The position numbers were made by a program, and so were the translations under genes. Positions 8,776 to 21,803 of a stretch of 64,000 nt of DNA are shown here, in pieces (the stretch's first letter is position 1; the number at the start of each line of letters is the position of its first letter). The stretch spans positions 160,001 through 224,000 of the forward strand of contig CAVTCR010000073.1 in the NCBI GenBank assembly GCA_963733195.1, in the 5' to 3' direction. The notes below the pieces were generated by a model that was given only the letters and a program-made list of their open reading frames with translations, made no database searches and was not told where the DNA came from. This DNA is from an uncultured delta proteobacterium (GTDB taxonomy: Bacteria > Desulfobacterota > Binatia > Bin18).

Positions 8776-11600
8776 ATGGTTAAGCCCGTGAGTGCGACAC
8801 CTTCGGTTCTTTTCCGTCTGTGCGACCGCCTTATCATCGGAGGCATTTGCTTCCTACTCCTTTTTACCCCGTTAGCCTTTGGTGCCGTCCACCATCAAGC
8901 CTACTCTCTTATGGAAGGCGTGGTGTTTTTTCTGATTGCGTTCTGGATGGGAAAACTAGTGGTGATGAAATGGCAGCAGGTCTCTCCTGCAGTGCAGTTG
9001 CCCGAGCATCTATCTTTAATTCGCCGTCTCTTTCTTCCTCTTTTTTTGTTTGTGGGACTTATCGGTTTGCAGCTTGTTCCGCTACCGCCTGAACTGTTGG
9101 CTCGACTCTCTCCGGCGACGTACACATTGTACCGTCACAGCTTACCAGGATGGCCTGAACAAAGTCCGTACTGGGAGTGGCTGAAGCAAGAAGAGGGAGA
9201 GACGAAGACGGAGATAGAGACAGAGAGACAAGGAGACGAGGCTAAGAGCAGTGTCAGTACGGCGGTCTCTGCCTCAAATCGCTGTCTCACCTGTATAGCT
9301 ACAGTGGGAGAGTGGATGCCGTTATCTGTTGCGCCGGAATTGTCCCGCGCCGCCTTACTGCAGCTCCTTGCCTATGTCGGGTTCTTCGCTCTTTTACTTC
9401 TGTACCCTATGAGCGAGGACAACACGAAAAACGCCGAACGTCGATTCGTGCGCACGATTCTCGTTATCGTTCTGACCAGTGGAGCCCTCATTGCCACCAT
9501 CGGGGTCATCCAACGCTTTTTCTGGAACGGCAAGATCTTGTGGTTCTTTGTTCCGGAACAGTGGGAAGGTGCTTTACCGGATATCACTCCCCGTGCGAGT
9601 GGTCCATTTGTCAATAGCGACCATTTTGCCAACTACCTTGTACTCATCTTTCCCCTACTGCTTGGTGGGATTTCGGCTCAGAGGTTTTTTGCTTCTCGCA
9701 AGCAGGAAAATGCCTTCAAGATCTTCTGTGTGTTTGCCTTGTTTGTTTCTTTCGTTGGCATACTGCTCAGTCTTTCGCGTGGTGGGTGGATTGGTACAAG
9801 CTTAGCGACTGCGTATTTTCCTGTGGTTACTACGCAGGATACCTCTCGAACAACAGCCTCAGATTTTTCTCGCAATTTGGCTTCTCACGACTTCGCCAGG
9901 TGGTTCTCGGCTGCGGTATCTTCGTCTTCCTTACGCTCCTATTTATCGGATCATCAGGGCGGAACCAGATCGACGAGCGATTAGAGGAAACCCTGGCGGT
10001 TAACTCCGGACTGAGTGATCGGTTGTTGGTGTGGCAGGATTCATTGGGCATGATCCGCGACTTCCCACTTCTTGGGGTGGGATTCGGAGCATGGCCAGAA
10101 TTGTTTCCGCACTACCAACGTCCTCCGTGGGATCCTTTGCCATGGCGGGAAGCGCATAACGATTATCTTCAGTGTCTTGCGGAGACCGGCGTATTAGGCC
10201 TTGGTTTGTTGGTGTGGTTTTTCACCTCTGTTGTTATGCGGATGTGGAAAAAATTACAAACAGCGACCTCGCCATACATGTCACTTATCGCGGGCATCAT
10301 AGCAGCACTCGCCGCGATGGCTTTTCACGAAGGGTTTGATTTTAGTCTACAAATACCGGCGAATGCCTTGCTTTTTGCTACCCTTATCGCTGTAGGGTTG
10401 CGGATGGTTGGAAGTCGGGACTCCGATCTTGGAGGTAAGAGCAGTCGTCGATGGCAAACTCCTCTCGCTGTGAGTGTGGGAATACTGGCTGTCGTTCTGG
10501 GTGTTGTAGCGCTCACGCAGGAGAAAGTTACTCGCCGAAACGATCCTGACGACTTCACTTCTATAGCTGAGGCTCGAGAAAATATTCTCGCCTTTCCCGC
10601 ACGCTCTGACGGTCACGTTGCCTTCTTTGACCTCCAAGAAGAAAACGTGCCGCTTCCGGAGCGGATGAAAGAACTTGAGATTGCCCTGCGGTTGACTCCA
10701 CTCAATCCAGAGATCCGCGATCAATATATCGTTGCGCTCCTTGAGCAAGGACAACAGGAAGCCGCTCTGAAAGAAGTCCAGCAGTCGGTTTTTAACTCTC
10801 CTCTTCTTGGCACGCATTTTTATCTGGCTTCCGAAGCAATTCCATCACTTGATCCGCCGGAACTGCGAGCGATCGAGGAGGGGATGGTGAAGGCAACAGA
10901 CTGGCGGGATTTGCTAACTCGGGGATGGGGCTGTGGTGAGTTTTTATACTATACTGAATCGATTCTCAGAGGCTGGGGAGACCTATGGTAAAGGCGGCAG
11001 AGAAGGGGAAACAGCAGACCGTTATCGAGTTCGCCCCTTGTTTGAGGCGGCCCGAGCGTATGCGCGAGCCGGGGAGGGGAAGAAAGCAGAATCCTTTTTA
11101 CGCCAGGTCTGCCAGCTTACTCCCACTGACCCTGTTCCTTATCAACTACTTGTGAATGAAGTGCTGGTTCCTAGAGGGGCAATCACTGAGGCAAAAGATA
11201 TTGTGAACACGGGTATCAAGCAAGGAGCACCTCCGATGATATTACTCATGTCCCTTGCTGAGGCAGTACGGAGAGCCGGTAAGATGGACGAAGCCAAATC
11301 CATATTGCAAGAGGTGCTCAAACGTTACCCTCGGACTTTTGATGCACAGGTGCGATTCGGACGCTTGTTCCTACAAGAACAAAACTTTGATCGAGCTGTA
11401 CTGACGCTACAGAAAGCGATCGAACTTCAGGGAAATTCTGTTTCTGCCCTTGACCTGCTTGGCCAGGCTGAAGAAGGACGGAAGCAATTCGGAGCAGCGG
11501 AAAAGGCATATGCAACGGTACTACACCTCGAACCCAACAATGCCTTAGTGCGACAGCGATACGTCGCTTTACAGCAGCGACTCAACGAAAATGATCTGCT
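8776..11600 (+). CDS. O-antigen ligase/Wzy_C family membrane protein with C-terminal TPRs (frameshifted; 3' end approximate)
   Basis: PLAFGAV, RASGPFVNSDHFANYL, SLSRGG, DFPLLGVGFG, EAHNDYLQ..AETG, DFSLQIPAN, then TPR helices; ORFs 8776-9984, 9786-10991, 10933-11832. Confidence 0.8.
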
Positions 11601-11813
11601 CTCAAAAGGGGAAGAGGTAAAGCGTTACTACCGAAAGTTCAGTCCCGCTTCTATAAAGAGTCAGCAGGTCGCTGAACGTGACGACGGAGACGCATTTCCC
11701 CGAGGCGCATCTCAGAAAATCCCCATTGCTGGTAAAGTTTTCTCTTTTTCTGCCGAAAGCATCTTTGTCGGGGCGGTTCCTAGTTCCATCCAATTTTTAG
11801 ATCAAAGCGAAAT

Positions 11814-13337
11814 ATGCGCAGACAGCAGTTGACAAAAGGCATCTCTCAATGCCCTTGCCGGTTCGCTCGATTATATCGGCGGTATGGTTGTCTCATTTGT
11901 CATTACCCCAGTATTGCTCGGGGGATTAGGGAGTTCTGTTTTTGGGTGTGGCAGGCGCTCCAGCGTTTCACTGGCGCGATTTCCGTGGCTGATGGACGAT
12001 CGAGTCAGGTGTTGAAATGGGTCATTGCCAATCATCAAGATTCGACCGATGACGCACAAAAGCGACGCGATATTGGTGCTGCACTCTGGGCCTGGGGCTC
12101 TCCTGGGTTGCTTGTCTTCAGTAGTGTCGTGGTGTGGCTCTCTCCCTATGTGGCAAAAATCCCTCCTGAAATGTATCCGTCATGTACATGACGAGTGGAT
12201 TGCTCGTCACAAATTTGCTCATTGCTGGGCTTGTCGAATTACCAGCATCTGCCTTGCGAGGAATGAACCTGGGTTACAGGCGAATGGGCCTCGGAGTAGG
12301 ACTGACAGTAATGGGCGGGTTACTTTCAGCCCTTGTTGTGGCGCGGGGATGGGGACTCGTTGGATTGGCAGCAAGCAAGATCGCCGTCTGCGTTGGTGAC
12401 TGGGGCTCCTATTCTGGCGAATTGCGTTTCAACACCTTTCCTGGTTTGGCATTGAGCGACCAACATGGAGTGAGGTGCAGCAAGATTCACTCAGAGTGGC
12501 TGGTTTCTGGCGTGGGCCTTAGTGGATAAGCTGTTGTTTACTTGTGATATTGTTCTCTTGCTTATCTGGGTTCGGCTTCTGCGGTCACCAATTTTCACCG
12601 TGACTGGATACGCCATTCAGATGCTTGCCGGCTTGACGACAATGGGTGTGGGCGTGACGAGCCCTGGGCTTGGCGGGTTAGTCGGACAAAACAACTCCCT
12701 AAAGTTGCTACCCTACGCCAGGAAATACTGCTCTATAGTTGGTTATTTACGACAGTGTGTGGAGCGATGGTATTGCTCTGGAATCGCTCTTTTGTCCATC
12801 TTTGGGTTGGGAACGAGCACTACGCTGGGGAGCTCACCAACTTTCTTCTCGTCCTACTTGCCATACAGTTGATTTTTATTCGGAATGAGGCAGGTATTCT
12901 CGATTTAACTTTGGATTCTGCGTAAAAAAGTGGCACTAGGTACAGTAGCTGCTGTGTTGTCGCTCGGACTTGCACTCGTACTAACCCCGAAGTTCGGCAT
13001 GATTGGCCTTTGCCTCGGTCTGCTGGTCGGGCGCTTAGTCTTGACGATCTCGTATCCGTTACTTGTCAATGCATTTCTCCAGCACTCTACTGAGGCGCAA
13101 CCCATTTCGTGGTGGCGGCCACTACTGGTAACGATGGCCTTGTTTGCCTTCTCAGCTCATGTCGGCCAAGAGACGCGTCGTAAAAGAGTGGACCTCATGG
13201 GGGGCTGCGGTTGGGACAAGCTTTCTCTTATTAATGGCTTGTTGCGTGACGCTGGGACTCTCCCCAAAACAAAAGCAGCAACTGTTCACTCGAGTAAAGG
13301 CTGTTCAACCACTTCCTGGAGTGTAAAGTCCTCATGA
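11814..13337 (+). CDS. wzx: Polysaccharide flippase (Wzx-like), multiply frameshifted
   Basis: Successive hydrophobic fragments in alternating frames (ASLNALAGSLDY; KLLFTCDIVLL; TSPGLGGLVGQ; LVLTPKFGMIGLCLGLLVGRL) typical of MATE-like flippases; position in locus. Confidence 0.65.
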
Positions 13338-13392
13338 GGGGTACATCATTGCAACTCCAGACACGGGCGTCCTCAGTCAAACAAGATCAGAA

Positions 13393-14737
13393 GTGATGGC
13401 GTCTTTCGTTTCTCGACCACCCACGCCGGTGTTGTGGTTGCTCGGCGTTGCCCTCATGCTTTTCACGGTACAACCGTGGTCAGTCGAAGTTGCCGAGATT
13501 CCGCTCCAAGTCATCCTCATATGGATCCTCGCAGGGTGGTTGATACTGTTTCGGACTCAGCTCTTTGCGAGGACGCTTCTCCTCTTCTCACCTTTTCAGT
13601 GGAGTCTGATCGTGGTGTTGGGAGTCGCTATTTTCCTGCGGTCGGCCTTGGATGGGTGGGAGATGTTGCGATTTATCCAGTTCTTGACGGGACTCCTGAT
13701 CGCATTCTGCAACTGTGCGCTGTTCAAGCATGAAAAAACACAGAAAGTGATATTTTATGCGCTTGCACTAGCAGGTGCCATTAGTGGCGCTGTCGCGGTC
13801 TTACAGCTTCCCGGCTATGCCTCTTGGACCTGGGAGAGAACTGTCTACATGACCCTCCACGGCGGTTGGAAAATTGGTGCACCAACAGGTTTGGAAGCAT
13901 CTCCGGTAGCGTTTCCTTTCAGTATGTTGGGGATTGGGGTGGTTCTGCTCTTCTCTTGGATTATACAACGACGAACTGACATCGTATTGGTGCGTATTTC
14001 ACCCCTTCCCGCTCTTGTCATGCTCTTTGCCATTTTTACCGGTCTGCTTGTGACGCAAAGTCGCTCTGGAATTTTGAGTGTTGTCGGTGGCATCTTATTG
14101 TTAATGGTAGGGACTCGGCGATTGTCTCTCAAGTTTCTTCCCATAGCCACCGTTCTTGCCGCAACCGTGTGCGTCGCCTACGCCCAGTTCGTGAAAGACG
14201 GCACTGGTCAAGATGCACGGTTGGGAGCGACATGGGCTGCATTGGGCCCGTACTATGGCATTTCCCATTCGGAAAACCTCAGGGATTCGAGAACCTCGAT
14301 GCGTTGGATGCTGCGTCTTTGGGAATAGCCGACGAAAAGTATGGGCTGGCGATCGAACAAATCATGTTCAAGGGAAAAGCTATTGCTCCCCACAACTTCC
14401 TCTTGACTACTGGCGTAGAGTTGGTCCCGGCGCAGTCGCGTTAGCCCTCCTCTATGGTTCGGTGCTGCGGCAAGGAATGAAGAAACTACGACTGTTACAA
14501 CGAACGAAGGATACGATACCTGCGTTGTGGCTCCTCGCTTTTTTGGCAGCGAATACGTGTCTCCTCATTCATTCGTGCTTTCATAATGCCAACTTGGCGA
14601 CAGGAGAGATGCGAAACTGGCTGTGGCTCGGTCTGTTGCTCCTCGTGAGTCGGCCTCAGGCGGAACAGTGGCTGCGTCCGCAGGTTGAGTGGCAGGAGAC
14701 GTACCAAGACTCTCTCTCTCGTGAGGAAATGTGGTGA
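13393..14737 (+). CDS. O-antigen polymerase/ligase family (Wzy-like), frameshifted
   Basis: Multi-TM protein; TQSRSG, APHNFLL and HSCFHN motifs spread across frames. Confidence 0.65.
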
Positions 14738-14781
14738 TGGAGAAGTACATTAAATTGACAGTAAATGTTCACTAATAGAGA

Positions 14782-15814
14782 GTGACTATGAAAACAGTAA
14801 GGAAGATATGTATTCCATCAGAACGCGGTGGAGTTGGCGGACCAGCCTCATTTCAAAAAAAGCTGACTTCCGGCCTCTTTGCAAAGCAGGTGGAGGTAAC
14901 CCATGATTTCATGGATACCCCCTACGATGCGGTTCTCGTTATCAATGCCACCAAACATCTTGGTGCACTCTGGAGATGTAAGAAAAGAGGGATTCATAAT
15001 CAGCGTCTCGGTGGTCTCAACTGGATGCACCGCCGTATGTCATTCGGTCTCCGGACTTCTTTCTTGGCAGAATTTCGTAACTTTACCATGGCGTTCGTAC
15101 GCAGGCACCTTGCTGATCATATCGTGTACCAAAGTCAATTCGTTGCCGACTGGTGGGCGAAAAGCTTCGGTCGAAGCACGAAGAAGGAGCACCTGATCTA
15201 TAACGGAGTTGATCTCTCTCAGTTTGGCCATCAAGGAGATACTAGTCGGAAGCGGATGTCTGTGTGATCAGTGTAGAGGGAACTCAAGGGATAACGATCA
15301 CTCGATACAGCTAGAACTGGCTCGTGAACTCTGCGAGCGCGGACTCAAGAGTGAGGTGCTCATGTTTGGAAGTCTCTGGTCGGGGGTGCAGCGTGAGGCT
15401 GTGGTGAAGTATCCCTTCGTTCATTTTCGTGGCGCTATTCCCAATGCTGAACTGCCATACTTCTATCGCGGAGCCAAACTATACGTCTCTACTGATGTAC
15501 TCGCAGCATGTCCAAATAGTGTGATTGAGGCATTAGCCGTGGGACGCCGGACTAGGATTCATGCCGGTGTGCTGCCAGAGATGGTTGCAAGAACAGCAGG
15601 CCGTTGTGTTCAGCCAGTCGGAAACCCGTGGCAATGTGAAACACTTGGTAACCTCAATGGTCTCTGCGAGGCAGCGCTCGAAGTCTGCGACAACTGGTCA
15701 CACTTTCATCGCAATGCGCGAGGATTAGCAGAAGAACGTTACAGTTTGGACCGCATGGTCAATGCCTATTGGGGAATCTTGCTCAATGAAAAGCTACGTC
15801 CTGCTTCTTCGTAA
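14782..15814 (+). CDS. Glycosyltransferase family 4, frameshifted
   Basis: GGPASFQ, ADHIVYQSQF, IYNGVDL, ACPNSVIEALA. Confidence 0.8.
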
Positions 15815-15921
15815 AAATCGAAAAGAGAACCGCTCAAAAGTCATACAGGTATGAACGGTCCCTTGCCTCCGCCAGATATTAGCTTGAGGTGAGCAACTCA
15901 TTACTTTGAGACAAGAATCAC

Positions 15922-17053
15922 TTGAATCGAGGCTGGTTGTCTATGCGGAAGCCTAACGTCCTTATCGTCCAACGAGTACTGCCACCGTATCGACTACCAT
16001 TATTCCAGCGATTGGCGGCATCATCAGATTTTTCGTTGACAATGGCGTATGGTGACGCAGTTGCCGGTTCAGCATTGGAAAGCTTGTCACAACCCGGCGG
16101 ACTACACGTTACACAGTTAGACAATATCTATGTCGGCGGAGCAGAGCGTATGGTATGTCAGCGAGGGATATTGTCGCTCCTGCGGTCTGGCAAGTATGAG
16201 GTCGTCATTGCTGAGTTTAATCCCCGAATTATTTCCAGTGTACTCGCCTGTCTTTATGCCAAACAGAAAACTGTGAAGTGGATCTGGTGGGGGCAAGGAA
16301 TGGGCCCCTTTGCAACTGCACTAAGTGTGCGTCTGCGTTTGCACTTAGCCCAGGTCGCCGACGCGCTCATCTTCTACGATGATGAGCAACAAGAACGATT
16401 TGTTTCACTAGGAGTGCCACAAGCAAAGGCCTTCGTGGCACGCAATTCTATCGAGACTGAGGGCATAGAGTTACTTCGGCAGCCACGGCCACGGAGTGAA
16501 AGAAACTATGTCCTTTATATTGGCCGTCTAACTAAACGGAAGAAAGTTGACTGCCTCATTCGAGGGTTTTACGAGAGTTCTATCCCCAGTTGCCTCCAGA
16601 GACACAGCTGGTCCTTATCGGCGATGGTCCGGAGCGAAATGCTTTAGTACAACTTGTGACACAGCTTGCCCTGACTGAACGGGTGCAGTTTCTTGGTGCG
16701 CTCTATGATCAAAAGGAACTGGCGCCGTGGTTTAATGCGGCGTGGGCCTCAATTTCCCTGGGGCAATCGGGTTAAGTGCAATTCACAGTCTAGCCTACGG
16801 TGTGCCGCTCGTTGTCGCTCGCAGTGAAGCTCATGGCCCTGAAATCGGAGCTATGGAGAATGGTACGAATGGTTTGTTTTTCACCTCAGATGATGTCGCA
16901 GACCTGAGTCAAAAGCTCTGGACGCTTTCCAGTAACCCTCAACGATGGGAATGTATGGCAAAGGCCGCATACTGTACAGTCCAAGATCGTTTCAGCCTAG
17001 AGAAAATGGTTCGTACTTTTGAGTGCGCGGTCAAATATGTGCAAAGAACCTAA
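15922..17053 (+). CDS. Glycosyltransferase family 4, frameshifted
   Basis: PPYRLPLF, LYIGRLTKRKKVD, LIGDGPER, GLSAIHSLAYGVP..HGPE. Confidence 0.85.
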
Positions 17054-17159
17054 GGCACAGGGGGACCTCTCTCGTTATAGGAGAAGGAGAGTACGGTCAC
17101 GCATTGGGGAAACGGTATCAGCAGTGACAAATGATATCTCAGAGTTTCGGAGGATCACA

Positions 17160-18050
17160 GTGAAATTACTCGACATCGCACGCTTTATCATCAATCATCC
17201 GTTAAGCACTGGCAAAAAGTTCACTGCTCTCAGTCGCTTTGCCCAATGGCAACTAAGTAGTCGGGTTTTTCCGAGCCCTATCGTAGTTTCGTTTGTCAAC
17301 GATTCGCGTCTGTTGATGAAGCGAGGAATGACTGGTGCGACTGCCAATCTGTATGCTGGACTGCATGAGTTTGCCGATATGGCGTTCGTGTTACACGTAC
17401 TCAGAAAGACTGACGTCTTTGTTGACGTTGGTGCGAATATTGGCTCCTATACGGTACTTGCGGCAAAAGTAGTTGGCTCGAAGAGCATTGCTATTGAGCC
17501 TGTTCCGGTGACGTTTTCCCATCTGTTGGACAACATTAATCTAAATCGGATCTATGAGCATGTTGTAGCACTGAATATTGGGCTTGCGAGCAGTAATGGG
17601 ACACTCGCATTCACCTCGGCGCTCGATTCGACAAATCATGTCGTCCCAAACGGTAGCAAAGATGCCGCAACCGTTGAAGTCTCGGTTAAAAAACTTGATG
17701 ACGTGCTGACAGAAGCAGAGCCTTTTCTCATGAAAATAGACGTTGAAGGCTATGAGTCTGAGGTTGTCACCGGTGGAGAGAAGGCGTTTAGGAGAAGCTC
17801 GCTGAATGCTGTGGTTATGGAGCTCAGAGGTTACGGGAGGCGTTATGGGCAGGACGATTCAGCGGTACACCAGAAAATGCTTGATTATGGGTTTACTCCT
17901 TGTGCTTATTTGCCCTTGAAGCGAGAAGTGGTTTCCCTCGGGAATAAAATCTCATCTTCTGGGAATACGCTTTACCTCAGAGATATTGAAGAGGCTGGAC
18001 ATCGGGTGCGAACTGCACCGGGATTCGCAGTCAACGGAAAAGTCATTTGA
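17160..18050 (+). CDS. FkbM family SAM-dependent methyltransferase
   Basis: FVDVGANIGSYT, AIEP, LMKIDVEGYE; GTG start after GGAGG. Confidence 0.9.
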   Translation: MKLLDIARFIINHPLSTGKKFTALSRFAQWQLSSRVFPSPIVVSFVNDSRLLMKRGMTGATANLYAGLHEFADMAFVLHVLRKTDVFVDVGANIGSYTVLAAKVVGSKSIAIEPVPVTFSHLLDNINLNRIYEHVVALNIGLASSNGTLAFTSALDSTNHVVPNGSKDAATVEVSVKKLDDVLTEAEPFLMKIDVEGYESEVVTGGEKAFRRSSLNAVVMELRGYGRRYGQDDSAVHQKMLDYGFTPCAYLPLKREVVSLGNKISSSGNTLYLRDIEEAGHRVRTAPGFAVNGKVI

Positions 18051-18348
18051 GAACGTATCACTCGTAGACACGCAAGCTGCCATTGTTCGATCTGAGTCTC
18101 TTCCATCTGGTGCAGATTAGTTGGAGTCTCGTCGATTAGCACGGTCTAAAGAGGATAGCATCTGGGACCGTATCGATGTGCCCTGTCATGCTTCATCCTA
18201 AGTCAGGAAGTTTGGATACGGCCTAAAGTTTCTCGTCACTTTGCCGAAGACATGTGATACCGGGAACAACTCAGCCTTCAGTACGCATTCTGCGTGAATA
18301 CATAGCTCAATGCAGGGGGATGCATGAGGACTTTTGAGGAGTCTGCTG

Positions 18349-19617
18349 ATGAAGCTCTGTTTTCTTGCTGATGCCCGTAGTCCGATCGCGCAGAACTGGA
18401 TTCGCTATCTGCTTCGTGCTGGGCATGAGGTCCATCTCGTTTCCTCGTATCCTTGCGATCCTGCCATGTTGCCGGTGCTTCGCTGCATGTTGTACCCATC
18501 GCATTTCGTGGTTTGGCTCTCAACCAATACGAAACACCAGTAGGAGGGAGGACGACCAAGAACGATTCCCTCACTGGACAACTGTGACCAAGAGGCATTT
18601 ATGCCCCTTTTTTCGCATGTGCGTCATTGGCTCGGTCCACTGGATGTCTATCGCTATGTTGGTCAAATCCGCCAGCTCCTGACTCAACTGCAGCCGGAGC
18701 TGTCCACGCGATGCGCATTCCGTTTGAAGGGATTCTTGCTGCCGAAGCACTGCAAGGACAGAACGATCCCTCTGTTAGTCTCAGTCTGGGGAAACGACTT
18801 TACATTGCATGCACACGGGTCGCCTCTGATCGGTTACCTGACTAAACGGGTTATCACGTGCGAATGGGCTGCATCCAGATTGTCATCGTGACCTCCTCCT
18901 GGCGCAGGCAATGGGGGTTTGCCAGAGACAAAACCCAGCGGCCGTTCTTCCGAGCGCGAGGAGGTATTCAGACCGACTTGTTTCATCCAGGACCAGCAGA
19001 TCGACAGTTGGTAGAGCGTTTGCGGATTCCTGTCGACGCTCCCGTGGTGCTCAATCCGCGCGGCATTCGCGGCTACGTGCGAAACGATACTTTTTTTCAG
19101 GCCATCCCGTTAGTCCTAAGAAGAAAACCGAACGTGATATTTCTCGGTTTAGCGATGCACGGCAGTCCGGTTGCAGAGAAATGGGTTGAGCGCCTTCACC
19201 TTGGACATGCTGTCCGCCTGCTTCCGCCAGTATCTCGTAGTGAGGTAGCTGATCTCTTTCGTTTGGCAGATGTAGCAGTTTCACCGAGTGAACATGACGG
19301 CACTCCGAATACTCTTCTTGAGGCAATGGCATGTGGCTGCATTTCCTGTCGCCGGGAATATCGAGTCGGTCCGAGAGTGGATTGATGATGGAGAAAATGG
19401 ACTCCTGTGCGATCCCGCAAACCCAGAATCGCTAGCCGCAGCTATTGTCCGTGCCCTCGATGATGCAGAGCTGCGCCGAAAAGCAAAGGTGCGCAATCAA
19501 CAACTTGTAGCTGAGCGAGCGGATTATCAAACAGTGATGGCACAAGCTGAGGCGTTCTATGCGGATCTCATTCGCAATGCCACGCCCATGAATTCTGTGT
19601 TTCAGAAAGTAGCCTAG
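18349..19617 (+). CDS. Glycosyltransferase family 4, multiply frameshifted
   Basis: MKLCFLADARS, VHAMRIPFEG, VSVWGNDF, SEHDGTPNTLLEAMACG, EWIDDGENGLL. Confidence 0.8.
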
Positions 19618-19619
19618 TT

Positions 19620-21796
19620 ATGAAACAACTGATGCAATCAGTCCGTACTGGAGAGACGCTCGTCGCCGACTTGCCTGCTCCGCAAGTGCAGGCCGCGACA
19701 GTGTTGATACAAACTGCGGTCTCCCTCGTTTCCGCTGGCACGGAACGTATGGTAGTGGAGTTTGCGAACAAAGGGTTATTAGCCAAAGCACGGAGCCGTC
19801 CGGACCTAGTGCGTCAGGTGTTCGATAAAGCGAAGCGCGAGGGTATCCTCAGCACCTTGGAGGCCGTCCGCAATCGTCTCGATCAGCCGATGGCTCTCGG
19901 CTACAGCAGTGCCGGTGTCGTTGTCGAGGTTGGTAAGAACGTTGAAGGCTTTCACGTTGGTGACCGTGTTGCATGTGCCGGTGGTGGATACGCGGCGCAT
20001 GCAGAAGTCGTCAACGTTCCCAAGAATCTGGTTGCCAAACTCCCTGCCGAGGTTGAGTTTGAAGCGGCTGCGTTCGCCACGCTTGGTGCCATCGCGTTAC
20101 AGGGAATTCGCTTAGCTGAGGTCAAACTCGGTGAAGTTGTTGCGGTGATCGGCCTCGGTCTGCTTGGACAACTAACCGTTCAGATGCTCAAGGCGGCAGG
20201 ATGCGTAGTTGTAGGGATGGACATCAAGTCACAGCGTGCGGAGCTTGCTCACCAGTTCGGTGCCGATGCAGTGGCGATCACTGCGGAGCAATGTCATGCG
20301 CTGTGTAGTCAACTTTCCGTTGGTCATGGCGCCGATGCTGTGCTTATTACTGCTGACACCAAAGAAAATCTTCCCGTCGAGCTGGCTGGCCAAGTGGCAC
20401 GCAACAAAGGCATTGTCGTCGCTGTAGGTGCGGTGGGTATGAACATCCCACGCAAAACGTATTACGAAAAAGAGCTTGACTTCCGCATCTCACGCTCCTA
20501 CGGTCCTGGCCGCTACGACGCCGAGTACGAGGAGAAGGGACACGACTACCCCATCGGCTATGTGCGCTGGACGGAGAACCGCAATATCCAAGCCTTCGTG
20601 CGCTTGCTTGCCGAAGGCAGAGTCAATGTGAAACCACTGATCACACACCGGTTCGCCATCGAGCAGGCAGCTCAAGCATACGACGTAGTTTTGGGTAAAA
20701 CTGGCGAGCCATTCATGGGCGTTCTGTTAACCTACCCTGAGCAGCCGAATCTCTCTCGGCATGTTGCTTTACGTGTCATCCATCCCCGTCCTGAGGAGCA
20801 CCGGCTTCTTTCTAATCAACTCACTGTTGGTTTTCTCGGTGCAGGAAACTTTGCTACAGCGACTTTGCTACCAGCCATGAAAGACCTTCCCAGCTTAACG
20901 CTGACAGGGGTGTGTACTGCGACTGGCATGACAAGTCGGACTGTTGGCGAAAAGTTTGGCTTCAATTTTTGCACGACGGCTGAGGATGAACTTTTCCACA
21001 ACCCTGAGATCAACACGGTCGTCATTACGACCCGCCACCATCTCCATGCTCGACAAGTGTTGGCTGCGCTCTGCAGCCGGAAAACGCGTGTTCTGCGAAA
21101 AACCTCTGTGTCTGAACGCTGATGAGCTACAGACGATAACTCAGGCGTACGAAGGGCACAGCAATCCCTTTGTGATGGTAGGTTACAATCGTCGCTTTGC
21201 GCCGATGGCGCGACAATTGAAAACGTTTCTCGCCACCGTGCAGGAACCGTTGGTGATGCAGTACCGCGTGAATGCAGGGTACATTCCACTGGAACACTGG
21301 GTGCACGATCCTCAGCAAGGCGGAGGGCGGATCATTGGTGAAGTGTGTCATTTCGTCGATTTCCTTTCATTTCTGACCGGCTCACTTCCTATGCAAGTGT
21401 ATGCCTCGGCGTTACCAAATAGTGGCCGCTACTGTGGCGATAACATTGCGGTAACACTCACTTTCGCCAATGGCTCGATCGGGACGATTACCTACGTTGC
21501 CAGTGGTGACAAATCTTTTCCTAAGGAACGAATCGAGATATTCGGCGGAGAGTCGGTCGCTGTGCTTGACGATTTTCGTAGCCTCGAACTCATCCGCAAT
21601 GGAGACCGCCAGGTCCACAAGGCTCGACTCCGACAAGATAAGGGGCATCGTAGTGAATGGGAGGCGATCGTAGCGGCGGTACAAAGTGGCGGGCCGGAGC
21701 CGATTCCTTTCAGCTGAAAGTGTGGCAACCGCGCAAGCGACGTTTGCGATCATCGAATCGCTCCGAACGGGTAAGGCGGTCGAGCTAAGGGCATAG
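19620..21796 (+). CDS. Bi-domain oxidoreductase (Zn-binding dehydrogenase fused to Gfo/Idh/MocA), frameshifts near 21075 and 21712
   Basis: SLVSAGTE, LGYSSAG, GLGLLGQ, SRSYGPGRYD, GFLGAGNFA, CEKPL, VGYNRRF, GGRIIGEVCHF. Confidence 0.9.
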
Positions 21797-21803
21797 GAGA
21801 GAC

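Noticed and set aside
8513-8791. Short ORFs 8513-8791 and 8536-8748
   Set aside because: They are translations of the palindromic MITE sequence.
11600-11832. C-terminal 75 aa of ORF 10933-11832
   Set aside because: TPR character ends near LQQRLNE; the tail looks like read-through caused by an indel.
18051-18340. 290-bp gap in the EPS locus as an ncRNA or small gene
   Set aside because: No convincing hairpin, known motif or ORF with RBS could be identified by eye.
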